The position numbers and the translations under genes are program-made. 64,000 nucleotides of DNA. Origin: a virus. Every line of letters starts with the position of its first letter. The stretch's first letter is position 1. This document shows positions 38,702 through 47,238 of this stretch, one piece after another. The stretch spans positions 64,001-128,000 of the IMG/VR virus record IMGVR_UViG_3300002835_000015. One strand, given 5' to 3'. Below the pieces are notes generated by a model. That model worked only from the letters and a program-made list of their open reading frames with translations, made no database searches and was not told the origin of the DNA.

Positions 38702-40207
38702 TTAGTTAGTAGTTAGTGTTACTCCTCTGGTTACTAATGCTTTTGCACTAGAGCCAGCTTTAATGATAGTGGCTGTGCCAGCACCAGTTGCTGTTTGAGA
38801 TGATATAGTATAAGTAAATTGATTACTATTAGTTACCGTAATAACAGCATACCTGTTTGCATTTGTAGCTGTTGTAATTCCACTGACTCTTAATACATCT
38901 CCACTGAGATATCCATGATTAGTTAAATTTACAGTACAAGTTGTACCAGAACAAACGAAATTTGAACCATTGGTAGTAATACTGCCTAAATTTGAAGGAG
39001 ATGCGCTAGACCCTCCACTAATATTGATACTTCTTGCATTAGGAGATCCATAAGATGTTGTTCCATTAGTTCCATCCATGTATGCGAATGTTGCTAATAA
39101 ATTATCAACACTACTTTGATTTAGCGAAGCATTAGTTATAGACACATTCAAACCACAACTTTTCCATGTTCCAAGAGAAGGAAGAGTTAGTGTTTGTAAA
39201 ACGGGGGTTGTGAATGTTATGGTACTAGAAAAAGAACTCCCTACCGCTACTATCGATGGAATAGATATTGATGTCATAGAAGACGAAGAGATATTAAAAT
39301 TTCCACCGTTGCTAGTAACAACATACTGTAATGATGGTAGAGATAAAGAGCTTAAGCTGTTTGCTGTTAAATTAAAATAATCAATAGTATTTAATAATGG
39401 TAAGCTTATTGATGTCAAGTTTGAGCCAGTAAATAATAAATATTTTGCATAAGTGAGCTTTGGCATTTGAAAAGACGTTAGAGCATTTGCTGTTAATCCA
39501 AAATTCCCAGTAATATGTACAATTTCTGGTAATGACAGAGTTGTTAAACTATTCATCGTAGTAGAATCAAACAAATTTCCATTTATATATTTAAAATTAT
39601 TTAGTAATATGCTTGTAAGATTAGTGACAGTACCCATAGTAGAAAATAAATTACCGGTAAGACCTTCTATGTTGGATGAAATAGTAGCTATTCTACCATC
39701 AACAAAATCTTGATTATTATAGAGGGGCCACGAACCTTCAACCCACGGTCCTGTTCCTGTTAACACATTTCCATTTATTGTCATTATGTTTTTAGGAAAA
39801 GTAATAAGGGCTGCATTCCTTGAATATATTGGAGTAGACCCTGTGATAGTCGTCGTTAGTGCAGGTATGCTTTCAGAAAAACTTATTGGCACACCTCCTT
39901 GTGTAATACCATCACCCATTCGTAATACTTTGGAGTCGGTAGCCCATAAAGGCTCACCTTCTAATGGAGTTATTGCATTAACTTCTGCTAATGTTCCTCT
40001 ACGAATTTGTAAATTAGCTGGAGATGTAATATCAACCCACTGATTATTGCGGCGACCATATGTAATAGTGCCAGATGGTGCATCAACATCCTTCCATAAT
40101 ATTTTTTTAGTTACAGGTGTTCCATCTGGATTATCTACCATTACCAAAACATCGTCTGGAGTTATAGAGGAACTAGATGGTAATTGGTGTATTCTTGTGA
40201 CAACCAT
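38702..40207 (-). CDS. Tail fibre/adhesin A with LRR/L-domain repeats
   Basis: RIHQLP..DDVLVMVD N-module, Mtd_N-like LQIRRGT...EGEPLWATD...GDG, about 7 LTSLSLP.L repeats. Confidence 0.7.
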   Translation of the reverse strand: MVVTRIHQLPSSSSITPDDVLVMVDNPDGTPVTKKILWKDVDAPSGTITYGRRNNQWVDITSPANLQIRRGTLAEVNAITPLEGEPLWATDSKVLRMGDGITQGGVPISFSESIPALTTTITGSTPIYSRNAALITFPKNIMTINGNVLTGTGPWVEGSWPLYNNQDFVDGRIATISSNIEGLTGNLFSTMGTVTNLTSILLNNFKYINGNLFDSTTMNSLTTLSLPEIVHITGNFGLTANALTSFQMPKLTYAKYLLFTGSNLTSISLPLLNTIDYFNLTANSLSSLSLPSLQYVVTSNGGNFNISSSSMTSISIPSIVAVGSSFSSTITFTTPVLQTLTLPSLGTWKSCGLNVSITNASLNQSSVDNLLATFAYMDGTNGTTSYGSPNARSINISGGSSASPSNLGSITTNGSNFVCSGTTCTVNLTNHGYLSGDVLRVSGITTATNANRYAVITVTNSNQFTYTISSQTATGAGTATIIKAGSSAKALVTRGVTLTTN

Positions 40208-40208
40208 C

Positions 40209-40457
40209 TTAAACTCCTAATATGCCAGAAGATCCGGTAGTATAATAAGTAACGTCATCAAATCTATCTTTTAGTCTGTTTTCTATAGCTGTATATGAAT
40301 AAGATTTCTCATATTCAAATGGACTTATAAGAGCTTGATAATTGCCACTCCCACTAACTGGCTTTCCGAACCAGCAATATACAACGGCTGAACCGTTTTG
40401 AATTGTTTCTCTACCAGAAACTACATTAGTGATTACATCTGTTGTTGAAATTGGCAT
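40209..40457 (-). CDS. Small hypothetical (possible virion) protein
   Basis: ORF with SD in late block. Confidence 0.65.
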   Translation of the reverse strand: MPISTTDVITNVVSGRETIQNGSAVVYCWFGKPVSGSGNYQALISPFEYEKSYSYTAIENRLKDRFDDVTYYTTGSSGILGV

Positions 40458-40470
40458 ATTTTACCCCTTT

Positions 40471-41391
40471 TTAGAATTGATCTTTTAATGTCCAAATTAC
40501 TTTTCTTGGAGGAAAGCCGTCTACATCACTAAATACCCAAGAGCCATTCTGTGCTAACATTTCTGCTGCATCTCGTTCTCTTATCCAGAAACTTCCATCT
40601 GGTTGATCTAAACGCTTCTCACCATTATTCCAAACCCCCCAAGAGTTTTGGACTAAGAATAGTGTTTCATTATAAATTTCATGAGTATCATCCATCCCAA
40701 TCCAAGCCATCGCGTGACCCCATGATCCAGATCGGGCGGCAATACCATTCTTATCTCTTCTAGAACTAAATCCAGAATTACTGCATACACTAATAGAATA
40801 ACCGTTGGCTATTGCATCTCTGGCTTGATCTATTGTGTTAATTAAACTGATAGTCTTAACTTGATGTTTCTTTGCTGCTTTTACTAATTCTTCTGGAACA
40901 CCAGTACGACCCCATCTGCCACCAATAGCACTATATGTTGAAAGATCATAATCTCCGTACTTTTGACGAAGTAATATTCCTCCATTTTGGTGGACGAATT
41001 TAGCAGCACCACCACAAGTCATACCTTCACCGCCGTGTCCGCGTGAACCATAAATACCTTCAGTAGCACCACGGGCCACAAACTCTTCTCGTTGTCCATT
41101 TATAATTTCACAACTGCGTGTAATATCTACGCTATTTCGCGTTGCATGTGAAACACAATCTCCTTGGACTTGCCTTTCTGATGGACCAAAAGAGGGATCA
41201 AACTTCAAGAGAGACTTAAACGGTAGGGATAGTTTTCCTTTTCCAGTACCATATAAATCATGTGCTGCCACACCAAATAGTGGATGTGGCAGTTCTCCTA
41301 AGAGCTTGTCCAACTCTTTTGGGTCACAGTATGATCCTACAAAGCCATCTTTATAGGCTTTTAATAAATCTTTCGGTGTCTTGAACATCAC
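40471..41391 (-). CDS. Papain-like (C1) cysteine peptidase
   Basis: Q...GDCVSHA (Cys), GHAM (His), QNSWG (Asn). Confidence 0.8.
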   Translation of the reverse strand: MMFKTPKDLLKAYKDGFVGSYCDPKELDKLLGELPHPLFGVAAHDLYGTGKGKLSLPFKSLLKFDPSFGPSERQVQGDCVSHATRNSVDITRSCEIINGQREEFVARGATEGIYGSRGHGGEGMTCGGAAKFVHQNGGILLRQKYGDYDLSTYSAIGGRWGRTGVPEELVKAAKKHQVKTISLINTIDQARDAIANGYSISVCSNSGFSSRRDKNGIAARSGSWGHAMAWIGMDDTHEIYNETLFLVQNSWGVWNNGEKRLDQPDGSFWIRERDAAEMLAQNGSWVFSDVDGFPPRKVIWTLKDQF

Positions 41392-41609
41392 TTTGAGTTA
41401 TCCTTTGCCCATTTAACTACTGTGTTAATTAATACTACTGTAACAGGCACAATTAGTGCTGTCATGCTACCAAGATCAAGCTTAGTTAGATTTTCGCCAA
41501 TATATGTTAATAGTGCGGCTAAACCAACTAATGCTGCGTTCTTACCAACTGAAATAAGATCAGTTGTATTTAATGAGAATGCTTTTGAACCTACTTTTAG
41601 ATCTAACAT
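41388..41609 (-). CDS. Holin-like small protein with two TM segments
   Basis: AALVGLAALLTYI and ALIVPVTVVLI; charged C-terminus. Confidence 0.55.
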   Translation of the reverse strand: MLDLKVGSKAFSLNTTDLISVGKNAALVGLAALLTYIGENLTKLDLGSMTALIVPVTVVLINTVVKWAKDNSK

Positions 41610-41610
41610 C

Positions 41611-42204
41611 TTATATCTCCTTGAGTTGAGAAATGCTTATTAAAAATCCACCATGCTCCTTGTCATTTATCCTATATGGAAATCCCATCATTTTTACTAT
41701 CTTATCATCTACTGTTTGTACTGTTTTGACTAATTTTCTATTCATTTTTAAGCAAGATTTCAATTCATCAAAAAGATCTTCTCTATCTTCTTCTTTTATA
41801 TAATTGAGCCAATCATAACCTTCTACACTGTTAATAACTTCTTGTGTTAATTCATAAAAATTATTATTGGTCCAAGTTAGTCTACCATGATCATCTGTTT
41901 CAAATAATGCCGCATCATTATAGTGAAGTGCGGCTTTTGTTCTTTGTTCTATAACTTTTTGTCTTTTTTCCATCCTATTAACGGTAGATCTTAAGTCTAC
42001 AATAGCGTCTTTTAGGCTATTTCCACCATTAGTTGTTAGTTCTTTTTTGATTGTTTCTAATGATCTACCAACTTCTTCCTGCCCTTTAACAAATTTAACT
42101 GTTGGTTTTATTACCTTGACCCACATTAAGCTAAAAAATGTTCCTAGACCACCAATGATAGTAAATATAAAGGTGATATGTTCTGGACTTTTTATGTCTA
42201 GCAT
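41611..42204 (-). CDS. Membrane protein: TM + NGGxS coiled coil + C-terminal PAS domain
   Basis: TM FIFTIIGGLGTFFSLMW; ELTTNGGNSLKDAI; ALFETDDHGRLTWTN...GYDWLNYIKEEDRE. Confidence 0.7.
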   Translation of the reverse strand: MLDIKSPEHITFIFTIIGGLGTFFSLMWVKVIKPTVKFVKGQEEVGRSLETIKKELTTNGGNSLKDAIVDLRSTVNRMEKRQKVIEQRTKAALHYNDAALFETDDHGRLTWTNNNFYELTQEVINSVEGYDWLNYIKEEDREDLFDELKSCLKMNRKLVKTVQTVDDKIVKMMGFPYRINDKEHGGFLISISQLKEI

Positions 42205-42219
42205 AATTGCCTCCGTAGG

Positions 42220-42266
42220 AAAAAGAAGGATAAAGTGCCTTAAGATTTCTCAAAAGGCACTTATCC
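42220..42266 (-). terminator. Probable intrinsic terminator
   Basis: GGATAAGTGCCTT...AAGGCACTTTATCC stem followed by TTCTTTTT. Confidence 0.65.
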
Positions 42267-42278
42267 AAAAATAACGAC

Positions 42279-42896
42279 TTATTCGTTACTATCTTTAGCC
42301 TTGTAGGCAACATTACGAGTTGGTAAAGCTGCTCCAAATCTATAGGTAAGTTCACCGGGAACTGCTCTACTAGTACTTGCAGCATCATCAACGGCTGGGA
42401 AGTTACCGCTGGTAGCTCTATAAGTTACAGCAGTACCAGCACCAGTACCTCTGGTAAGACCGGGGAAATTGCCACTAGATGGAGTTGCAAGAACATTAAA
42501 TGTTCTTGTAGCATATGAACCAAACTGAGTAGTCTTTAGATTCTTATTAACTACGGCTTCTGTAGCACCACCGGGGATAGTTAAAATAGTTGAAGATGAT
42601 CCATTGATTTTACCAGCATTGGTATCACCAGCGGCCATTAATAGAAATTCGCTACCAGCGGGTGGAGTATATGCAAAAGTGCCACCCTCTTTTGCCCTTG
42701 TTACACCGTGTGGATCACGAAAATTATTTGGGGCTGTAGGTGTATCTTCAGTTACAACTGTACCATAGCCCGGAACGTCAGCTAAATTGTTGATAAGTGA
42801 TAGATCTGTTAGATTTTCACTAACAGCACCGCCATTTAGAACAACGCCACCGTCATTATTGTATGCATTTGCAGAAACTGCTTTTTGGGATGCCAT
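42279..42896 (-). CDS. Putative virion structural protein
   Basis: Gly/Ala/Thr-rich, AAGGAG SD, own promoter motif and terminator. Confidence 0.6.
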   Translation of the reverse strand: MASQKAVSANAYNNDGGVVLNGGAVSENLTDLSLINNLADVPGYGTVVTEDTPTAPNNFRDPHGVTRAKEGGTFAYTPPAGSEFLLMAAGDTNAGKINGSSSTILTIPGGATEAVVNKNLKTTQFGSYATRTFNVLATPSSGNFPGLTRGTGAGTAVTYRATSGNFPAVDDAASTSRAVPGELTYRFGAALPTRNVAYKAKDSNE

Positions 42897-42971
42897 ATTA
42901 TTCTCCTTTTATTAAATAAAATTTGCAAAGTAATAATTCCGCATCCTTTTATAGTCCAGTTCCTAAAATTA

Positions 42972-42978
42972 TATACAC
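42972..42978 (-). promoter_or_regulatory. GTGTATA candidate late promoter
   Basis: Immediately after sigma gene stop, upstream of structural/lysis block. Confidence 0.55.
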
Positions 42979-42980
42979 AT

Positions 42981-43460
42981 TTAACAGAATTTATCTTTTA
43001 TGTTGTCTGCAAGTTTGTGGATTTTACGTCTAATACTTTCCCTATTTTTACCACGTTTTTCAGATATTTCTGCTATAGTCATATTGCTAAGTCTATCTTC
43101 AATCAAATCCCTATCTTCTGAATTCTTAAACTCGTCCATTAGATCAATACTAAAAAATGGATCTGTATTGGATGCTATATTTTGGTGCAACATTCCAAAA
43201 GACTTATTTTTATTGGCAAACTTAATCTCCTTCATGCACTCAATAAACACGCCCTTATATAGATAAGTTGTAAATTTAGCTCCCTTTTCTGCATTGTAGT
43301 TAACGAATGTTTTCCATAACGCATTAAGTTGGCAAGTCTTTATAGAATCAGCATCTAATTGATTTCTAAATCTCTTAGAAGCCTTATTCATAATTTTAAC
43401 AATATTTTCATCCTTAAGGGCAACCTGTATCTTATCATCTATGCAATTACTCATCATCAA
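42981..43460 (-). CDS. Phage sigma70-family sigma factor
   Basis: Region 2-like ALWK...YNAEKGAKFTTYLY; region 4 HTH MTIAEISEKRGKNRESIRR. Confidence 0.7.
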   Translation of the reverse strand: MMMSNCIDDKIQVALKDENIVKIMNKASKRFRNQLDADSIKTCQLNALWKTFVNYNAEKGAKFTTYLYKGVFIECMKEIKFANKNKSFGMLHQNIASNTDPFFSIDLMDEFKNSEDRDLIEDRLSNMTIAEISEKRGKNRESIRRKIHKLADNIKDKFC

Positions 43461-43902
43461 ATTCTCCTTTTATAAGTTCTTGTTCAATATCAAATCTTAT
43501 ATTCTGAAAATCAAACATCTGTCCTATACCAACAAAAAATCTATAACGACTAAAGATTTTTAGTATCTCAATACCGGGCATTTTATTGAGTTTATTTTTT
43601 ATGGCTGGTGTAATATCGAAGTTTGTGTGACCAATCCAGCAGTCAAAATTAGCTAACATAGATATATCATCTATTACCTGCGGAGTGAGTGGCAACATCT
43701 TATGCAAAGCTGCTGACATCATATCTTTTTTATTGTCTTCATCTTCATATGATTCGTCTTCATCATCGTCATCGTCTTCTTCACCCAAAATATCTTCTTC
43801 TGCTTCTGGCATCATATTCTGTATTATATTCTGTAATATGGGGCATGATAATTGTTTTTCAATATAATCTTCATATTTTTGCCATCCTATTTTTTTAGAC
43901 AT
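43447..43902 (-). CDS. Hypothetical protein with acidic tract
   Basis: ORF in operon; EEDDDDDEDE. Confidence 0.7.
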   Translation of the reverse strand: MSKKIGWQKYEDYIEKQLSCPILQNIIQNMMPEAEEDILGEEDDDDDEDESYEDEDNKKDMMSAALHKMLPLTPQVIDDISMLANFDCWIGHTNFDITPAIKNKLNKMPGIEILKIFSRYRFFVGIGQMFDFQNIRFDIEQELIKGEFDDE

Positions 43903-43911
43903 ATATGACTC

Positions 43912-44283
43912 CTATTTTGTGAAAACTTCAGACGGTTTTATACAAGGTTCATCCGCCTTACTATCTTTATGCCCATTTATGATTTTTGCTTTAGTATCTT
44001 TACTAATAAGATTGAAAATTTTAATTAGACAATCTTCTCTACCTTCTTCTACAAGGGCATTTTTTACTATATTCATAGTTTCTAGTATCGCCCTATCTTC
44101 TGCTAAAGTGTCGATTATATAACACAGTGATTCAATAGATTCATCACTATAATCCTCCAGTTCTACATCCACTATCGTAGAATCTGAACCTTTAGAAACT
44201 ATATAACTTATTTTTGCTAAAACTTCATTAGGTTCTGAAACTTGTTCATTATCTGGTTTTTTCTTGAAGAAATTAAATAACAT
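43912..44283 (-). CDS. Hypothetical protein
   Basis: ORF in operon. Confidence 0.65.
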   Translation of the reverse strand: MLFNFFKKKPDNEQVSEPNEVLAKISYIVSKGSDSTIVDVELEDYSDESIESLCYIIDTLAEDRAILETMNIVKNALVEEGREDCLIKIFNLISKDTKAKIINGHKDSKADEPCIKPSEVFTK

Positions 44284-45346
44284 TTAATATTTTTCTCCCG
44301 GTGTTTTTCCAGCTAAAATTTTTAGCAGTTGTAATTCCATATTCGTTAACAGTTAAACTATTAGTTATATTTAGTTCATGGATATTTTGCATATATTTTA
44401 TAGCAATATTTTTGGCCCTATTATCTATCCTAGCCCAATTACCTTGACCGTGAAACCATTTACCGTCATATGCAGTTTCGGTTTCTTCTATAGGTATTAA
44501 CAATGCATTATTAGAGTTACAAAATTCTGTATGGGCAGAATAATCTGTGGCTATTACACGTTTTCCACAAGCCATCATTTCTAATAGCTCTAAATTCCAC
44601 CCCTCTGCTCTTGCTGGAAATATTCCACAATGAGTTTGGGACATTATATTATACACTTCTTGCTGAGTGTTCTGTCGTGGAATAATATGTATTTTAGATC
44701 CCAGTTTAGACTTTTTATATAGATTTATCCATTCATTTTGTTCCTGCTCTGTGCAGAAAGGATTTTCGCACATCATGAATAGTTCTACATTATCATCTTC
44801 GTTAAACGCTGAGTTAAATATATCAACTAATACATCATGCCCCTTTCTTATTTCCCATTTACCACAATTAAAAAATCTTGTTGGACTATTTTGTGGCATT
44901 TCAGACGGCTGAAAAATAGATGAATCAACACCCAGCGGGACTACTATAACGTTAGATTCTTCAATAGTTGTATTATTTAATACTATTTTCTTAGCCCATT
45001 CTGAACATACAAACACTCTATCTAAAGATTGAAGTTGATGCTTTTCAAAATCATTAAACTTATCCAACTCAAATATCGGAAACCCTATTCTGGTTCCTTT
45101 GCCAGCAAATTGTGCCATATCATGTTGATGCCATATTTTAATACATGGGGCATTATAATCATAAAACTGAGAATTTTTTATACATTTAGAGATTATGTCG
45201 GCATCTTCTTGATTTGTTACTTGAGGTTGTCCTATCATGAATAAAGAAACTTCTATGGATTTAGATAGTTCTTTGATAATGTTTAAGGATGATACGCCGT
45301 AACCAAGCTGATTAATTGGGGCCATTACATTAATTTTAGTATTCAT
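44273..45346 (-). CDS. GT4 glycosyltransferase
   Basis: VPLGVD, GKWEIRKG, EGWNLELLEMMACG. Confidence 0.85.
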   Translation of the reverse strand: MNTKINVMAPINQLGYGVSSLNIIKELSKSIEVSLFMIGQPQVTNQEDADIISKCIKNSQFYDYNAPCIKIWHQHDMAQFAGKGTRIGFPIFELDKFNDFEKHQLQSLDRVFVCSEWAKKIVLNNTTIEESNVIVVPLGVDSSIFQPSEMPQNSPTRFFNCGKWEIRKGHDVLVDIFNSAFNEDDNVELFMMCENPFCTEQEQNEWINLYKKSKLGSKIHIIPRQNTQQEVYNIMSQTHCGIFPARAEGWNLELLEMMACGKRVIATDYSAHTEFCNSNNALLIPIEETETAYDGKWFHGQGNWARIDNRAKNIAIKYMQNIHELNITNSLTVNEYGITTAKNFSWKNTGRKILNVI

Positions 45347-45896
45347 AGTTTATTTTGTTATTCCTAAAAAAGAACCATCGTTTTAGTTTTGTTACGTCTT
45401 CTTCTTGATTTATATAGCTAAGATAGTTTAATACCTCGCTCAGAGAATTAAATATATGTTCGTGTGGCAACATAAAGAATAACCAATTGGGTGCTTGGCT
45501 TTTACCCTGTTCGCACCATATTAAAACTGGCTTTTTCTCCCTATTAGCTGTTACTATCTCTTCGTATGTTCCACAAGCATGAATATTAAGATCAATATGA
45601 GCAATAATGAAGTCAGATATATCTACACATCGCAAATCTGCACTGCGTATTATACCAAATTTCTCTTTGATCTTTTCATACTTTTCTGTCTCTTTGTAGT
45701 ATTCTATCCAGTGCCTAGTCTCTTCATCTTCAATAACCCCATTGATTGGTTTGTCGCACGGGTCAATGACAGTTACCCCTAGTTCGTTTAGATATGGAGT
45801 TATTCGCTTACGCCAAGTAGTTCCACCGTCTGGAACTCTATCCATAGCACCAACTAAATAAACTCTCATGCCAACTAAGTTATTTATTGAATCCAT
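45336..45896 (-). CDS. Nucleoside 2-deoxyribosyltransferase / nucleotide N-glycosidase family protein
   Basis: VYLVG.M, WR, DP, DL..V..SD..IA, GT.EE...A...KPV. Confidence 0.75.
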   Translation of the reverse strand: MDSINNLVGMRVYLVGAMDRVPDGGTTWRKRITPYLNELGVTVIDPCDKPINGVIEDEETRHWIEYYKETEKYEKIKEKFGIIRSADLRCVDISDFIIAHIDLNIHACGTYEEIVTANREKKPVLIWCEQGKSQAPNWLFFMLPHEHIFNSLSEVLNYLSYINQEEDVTKLKRWFFFRNNKINYEY

Positions 45897-46287
45897 TGTC
45901 TATGCTCCACCATACTTTGTTAATACCTAGAGATCTCATTATTCTATCACACTTATCGCACGGCTGACTACATCTTAATTCGCCACGCTTATTTAGTCTT
46001 ATAATAACCATTTTGAGGCTATTATCTATATAATATTTACCCCATAAACGAGATATTAGATCAGTTTCTGCGTGAAAGTAAGGGTATTCACTATCTGTAT
46101 TGAACCTTTTAGCTAATACTAGTGCTTGAGTATGGGTTTTCTCTGGATTGTTTTGCCCTATTGCAAGAAGTTTATTTTTCTTGTATCCAAAAGCAAAGTG
46201 AAAAAATTTATTCTTAGTTTGTCTTTCCTCTTTGGCTTTAGGTAAAAGGCTCAGTGCTATTTCAAGTGATTGATCTATTATATTCAT
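45880..46287 (-). CDS. Zn-dependent cytidine deaminase-superfamily protein
   Basis: HAE...PCDKC. Confidence 0.75.
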   Translation of the reverse strand: MNIIDQSLEIALSLLPKAKEERQTKNKFFHFAFGYKKNKLLAIGQNNPEKTHTQALVLAKRFNTDSEYPYFHAETDLISRLWGKYYIDNSLKMVIIRLNKRGELRCSQPCDKCDRIMRSLGINKVWWSIDNGFNK

Positions 46288-46784
46288 GAGAAATCTATAG
46301 TATTGATAGTAATAAGCTTGATAAATTCTTGAATACTAGTTACTTTATGATTATCAAAAGCTTGTTTGGTTTTCTGTTTTGCTTCTGTCTTTTTGTATCC
46401 AAGTGCTACAAGCGAACTAATACAATCATTGTAAAGTTGCTCATCTCGTACTGGTTTTGGTTTAGGGGTTGTTGTTGTTGGTGTAATAGTAGGTATGGTT
46501 GCCGGTTGATTAATGACGGGGTTATTTTTCTTAGGTTTGGGCTTATCTGCAACGGTGCGTTTTGGTACACTCTTGACAGCACAGCTTTGTGTTGGTACAA
46601 CCTTTACTTGTTTTGGTTTTTCAATATACGTGTAGTCTTCTACATATCCAATAACAAACTTATCTAGCTTGTTGAAGCTAATTGATTTGCCCTCAATGTA
46701 TGCCTTATATGTATAAAAAATTGTTAAGCAAATGATAACAAATGCCCAAAAATTTCCAACGCTAGGATGTGGCTGTGGGTTCAT
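46284..46784 (-). CDS. Membrane-anchored protein with RuvA C-terminal-like domain
   Basis: N-terminal TM, Pro/Thr/Lys linker, DCISSLVALGYKKTEA...IKL. Confidence 0.6.
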   Translation of the reverse strand: MNPQPHPSVGNFWAFVIICLTIFYTYKAYIEGKSISFNKLDKFVIGYVEDYTYIEKPKQVKVVPTQSCAVKSVPKRTVADKPKPKKNNPVINQPATIPTITPTTTTPKPKPVRDEQLYNDCISSLVALGYKKTEAKQKTKQAFDNHKVTSIQEFIKLITINTIDFS

Positions 46785-46801
46785 AATTTTTTCCTACTGT
46801 G

Positions 46802-46829
46802 ATCATACCATAACTATCGTCACAGTCAA
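46802..46829 (-). promoter_or_regulatory. Sigma70-like promoter with CGATA spacer motif
   Basis: TTGACT-N16-TATGAT with TGn extension. Confidence 0.6.
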
Positions 46830-46840
46830 GACGCAAACTT

Positions 46841-46877
46841 AAAAAAAATGGCCCGAAGCACAAGGCGACGGGCCATT
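46841..46877 (-). terminator. Rho-independent terminator after ssb
   Basis: AATGGCCCG...CGGGCCATT then T-tract. Confidence 0.75.
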
Positions 46878-46901
46878 CCTTAGACAGATTGACTATCCAT
46901 T

Positions 46902-47234
46902 TCACTCTTTAGAGTCTTGCCCTACAATTCCAGACGGGCCTAAAGAAATTTCATCTGCCATTACGCAGATAGAGTTCTTTTGATTCCCATCCTTATCTTG
47001 ATAATCATCAATTTTTAGCTTCCCTTGAACGCCAACCAATCTGCCCTTCTTTAGATGATCCTTTAATGCTTCAGCCATTTTTCCAAAACATAGGATATTT
47101 AAGAATAGAGTATCTTCATTGCGACGATCATTCACGGCCATACGAAACTTTGCCATAGCAGTACCCTTTTGGGTTGTGCTTAATTCCGCATCCTTTGTTA
47201 ATCTGCCACAACCTAACCATGTATTAATATTCAT
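46902..47234 (-). CDS. ssb: Single-stranded DNA-binding protein
   Basis: GRLTKDAEL, FGKMAE, LKKG..VGVQGKL. Confidence 0.85.
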   Translation of the reverse strand: MNINTWLGCGRLTKDAELSTTQKGTAMAKFRMAVNDRRNEDTLFLNILCFGKMAEALKDHLKKGRLVGVQGKLKIDDYQDKDGNQKNSICVMADEISLGPSGIVGQDSKE

Positions 47235-47238
47235 GCTA

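Noticed and set aside
36175-40207. Diversity-generating retroelement suggested by Mtd_N-like segments
   Set aside because: No reverse transcriptase, no adenine-variant TR/VR repeat pair and no C-type lectin C-terminus seen
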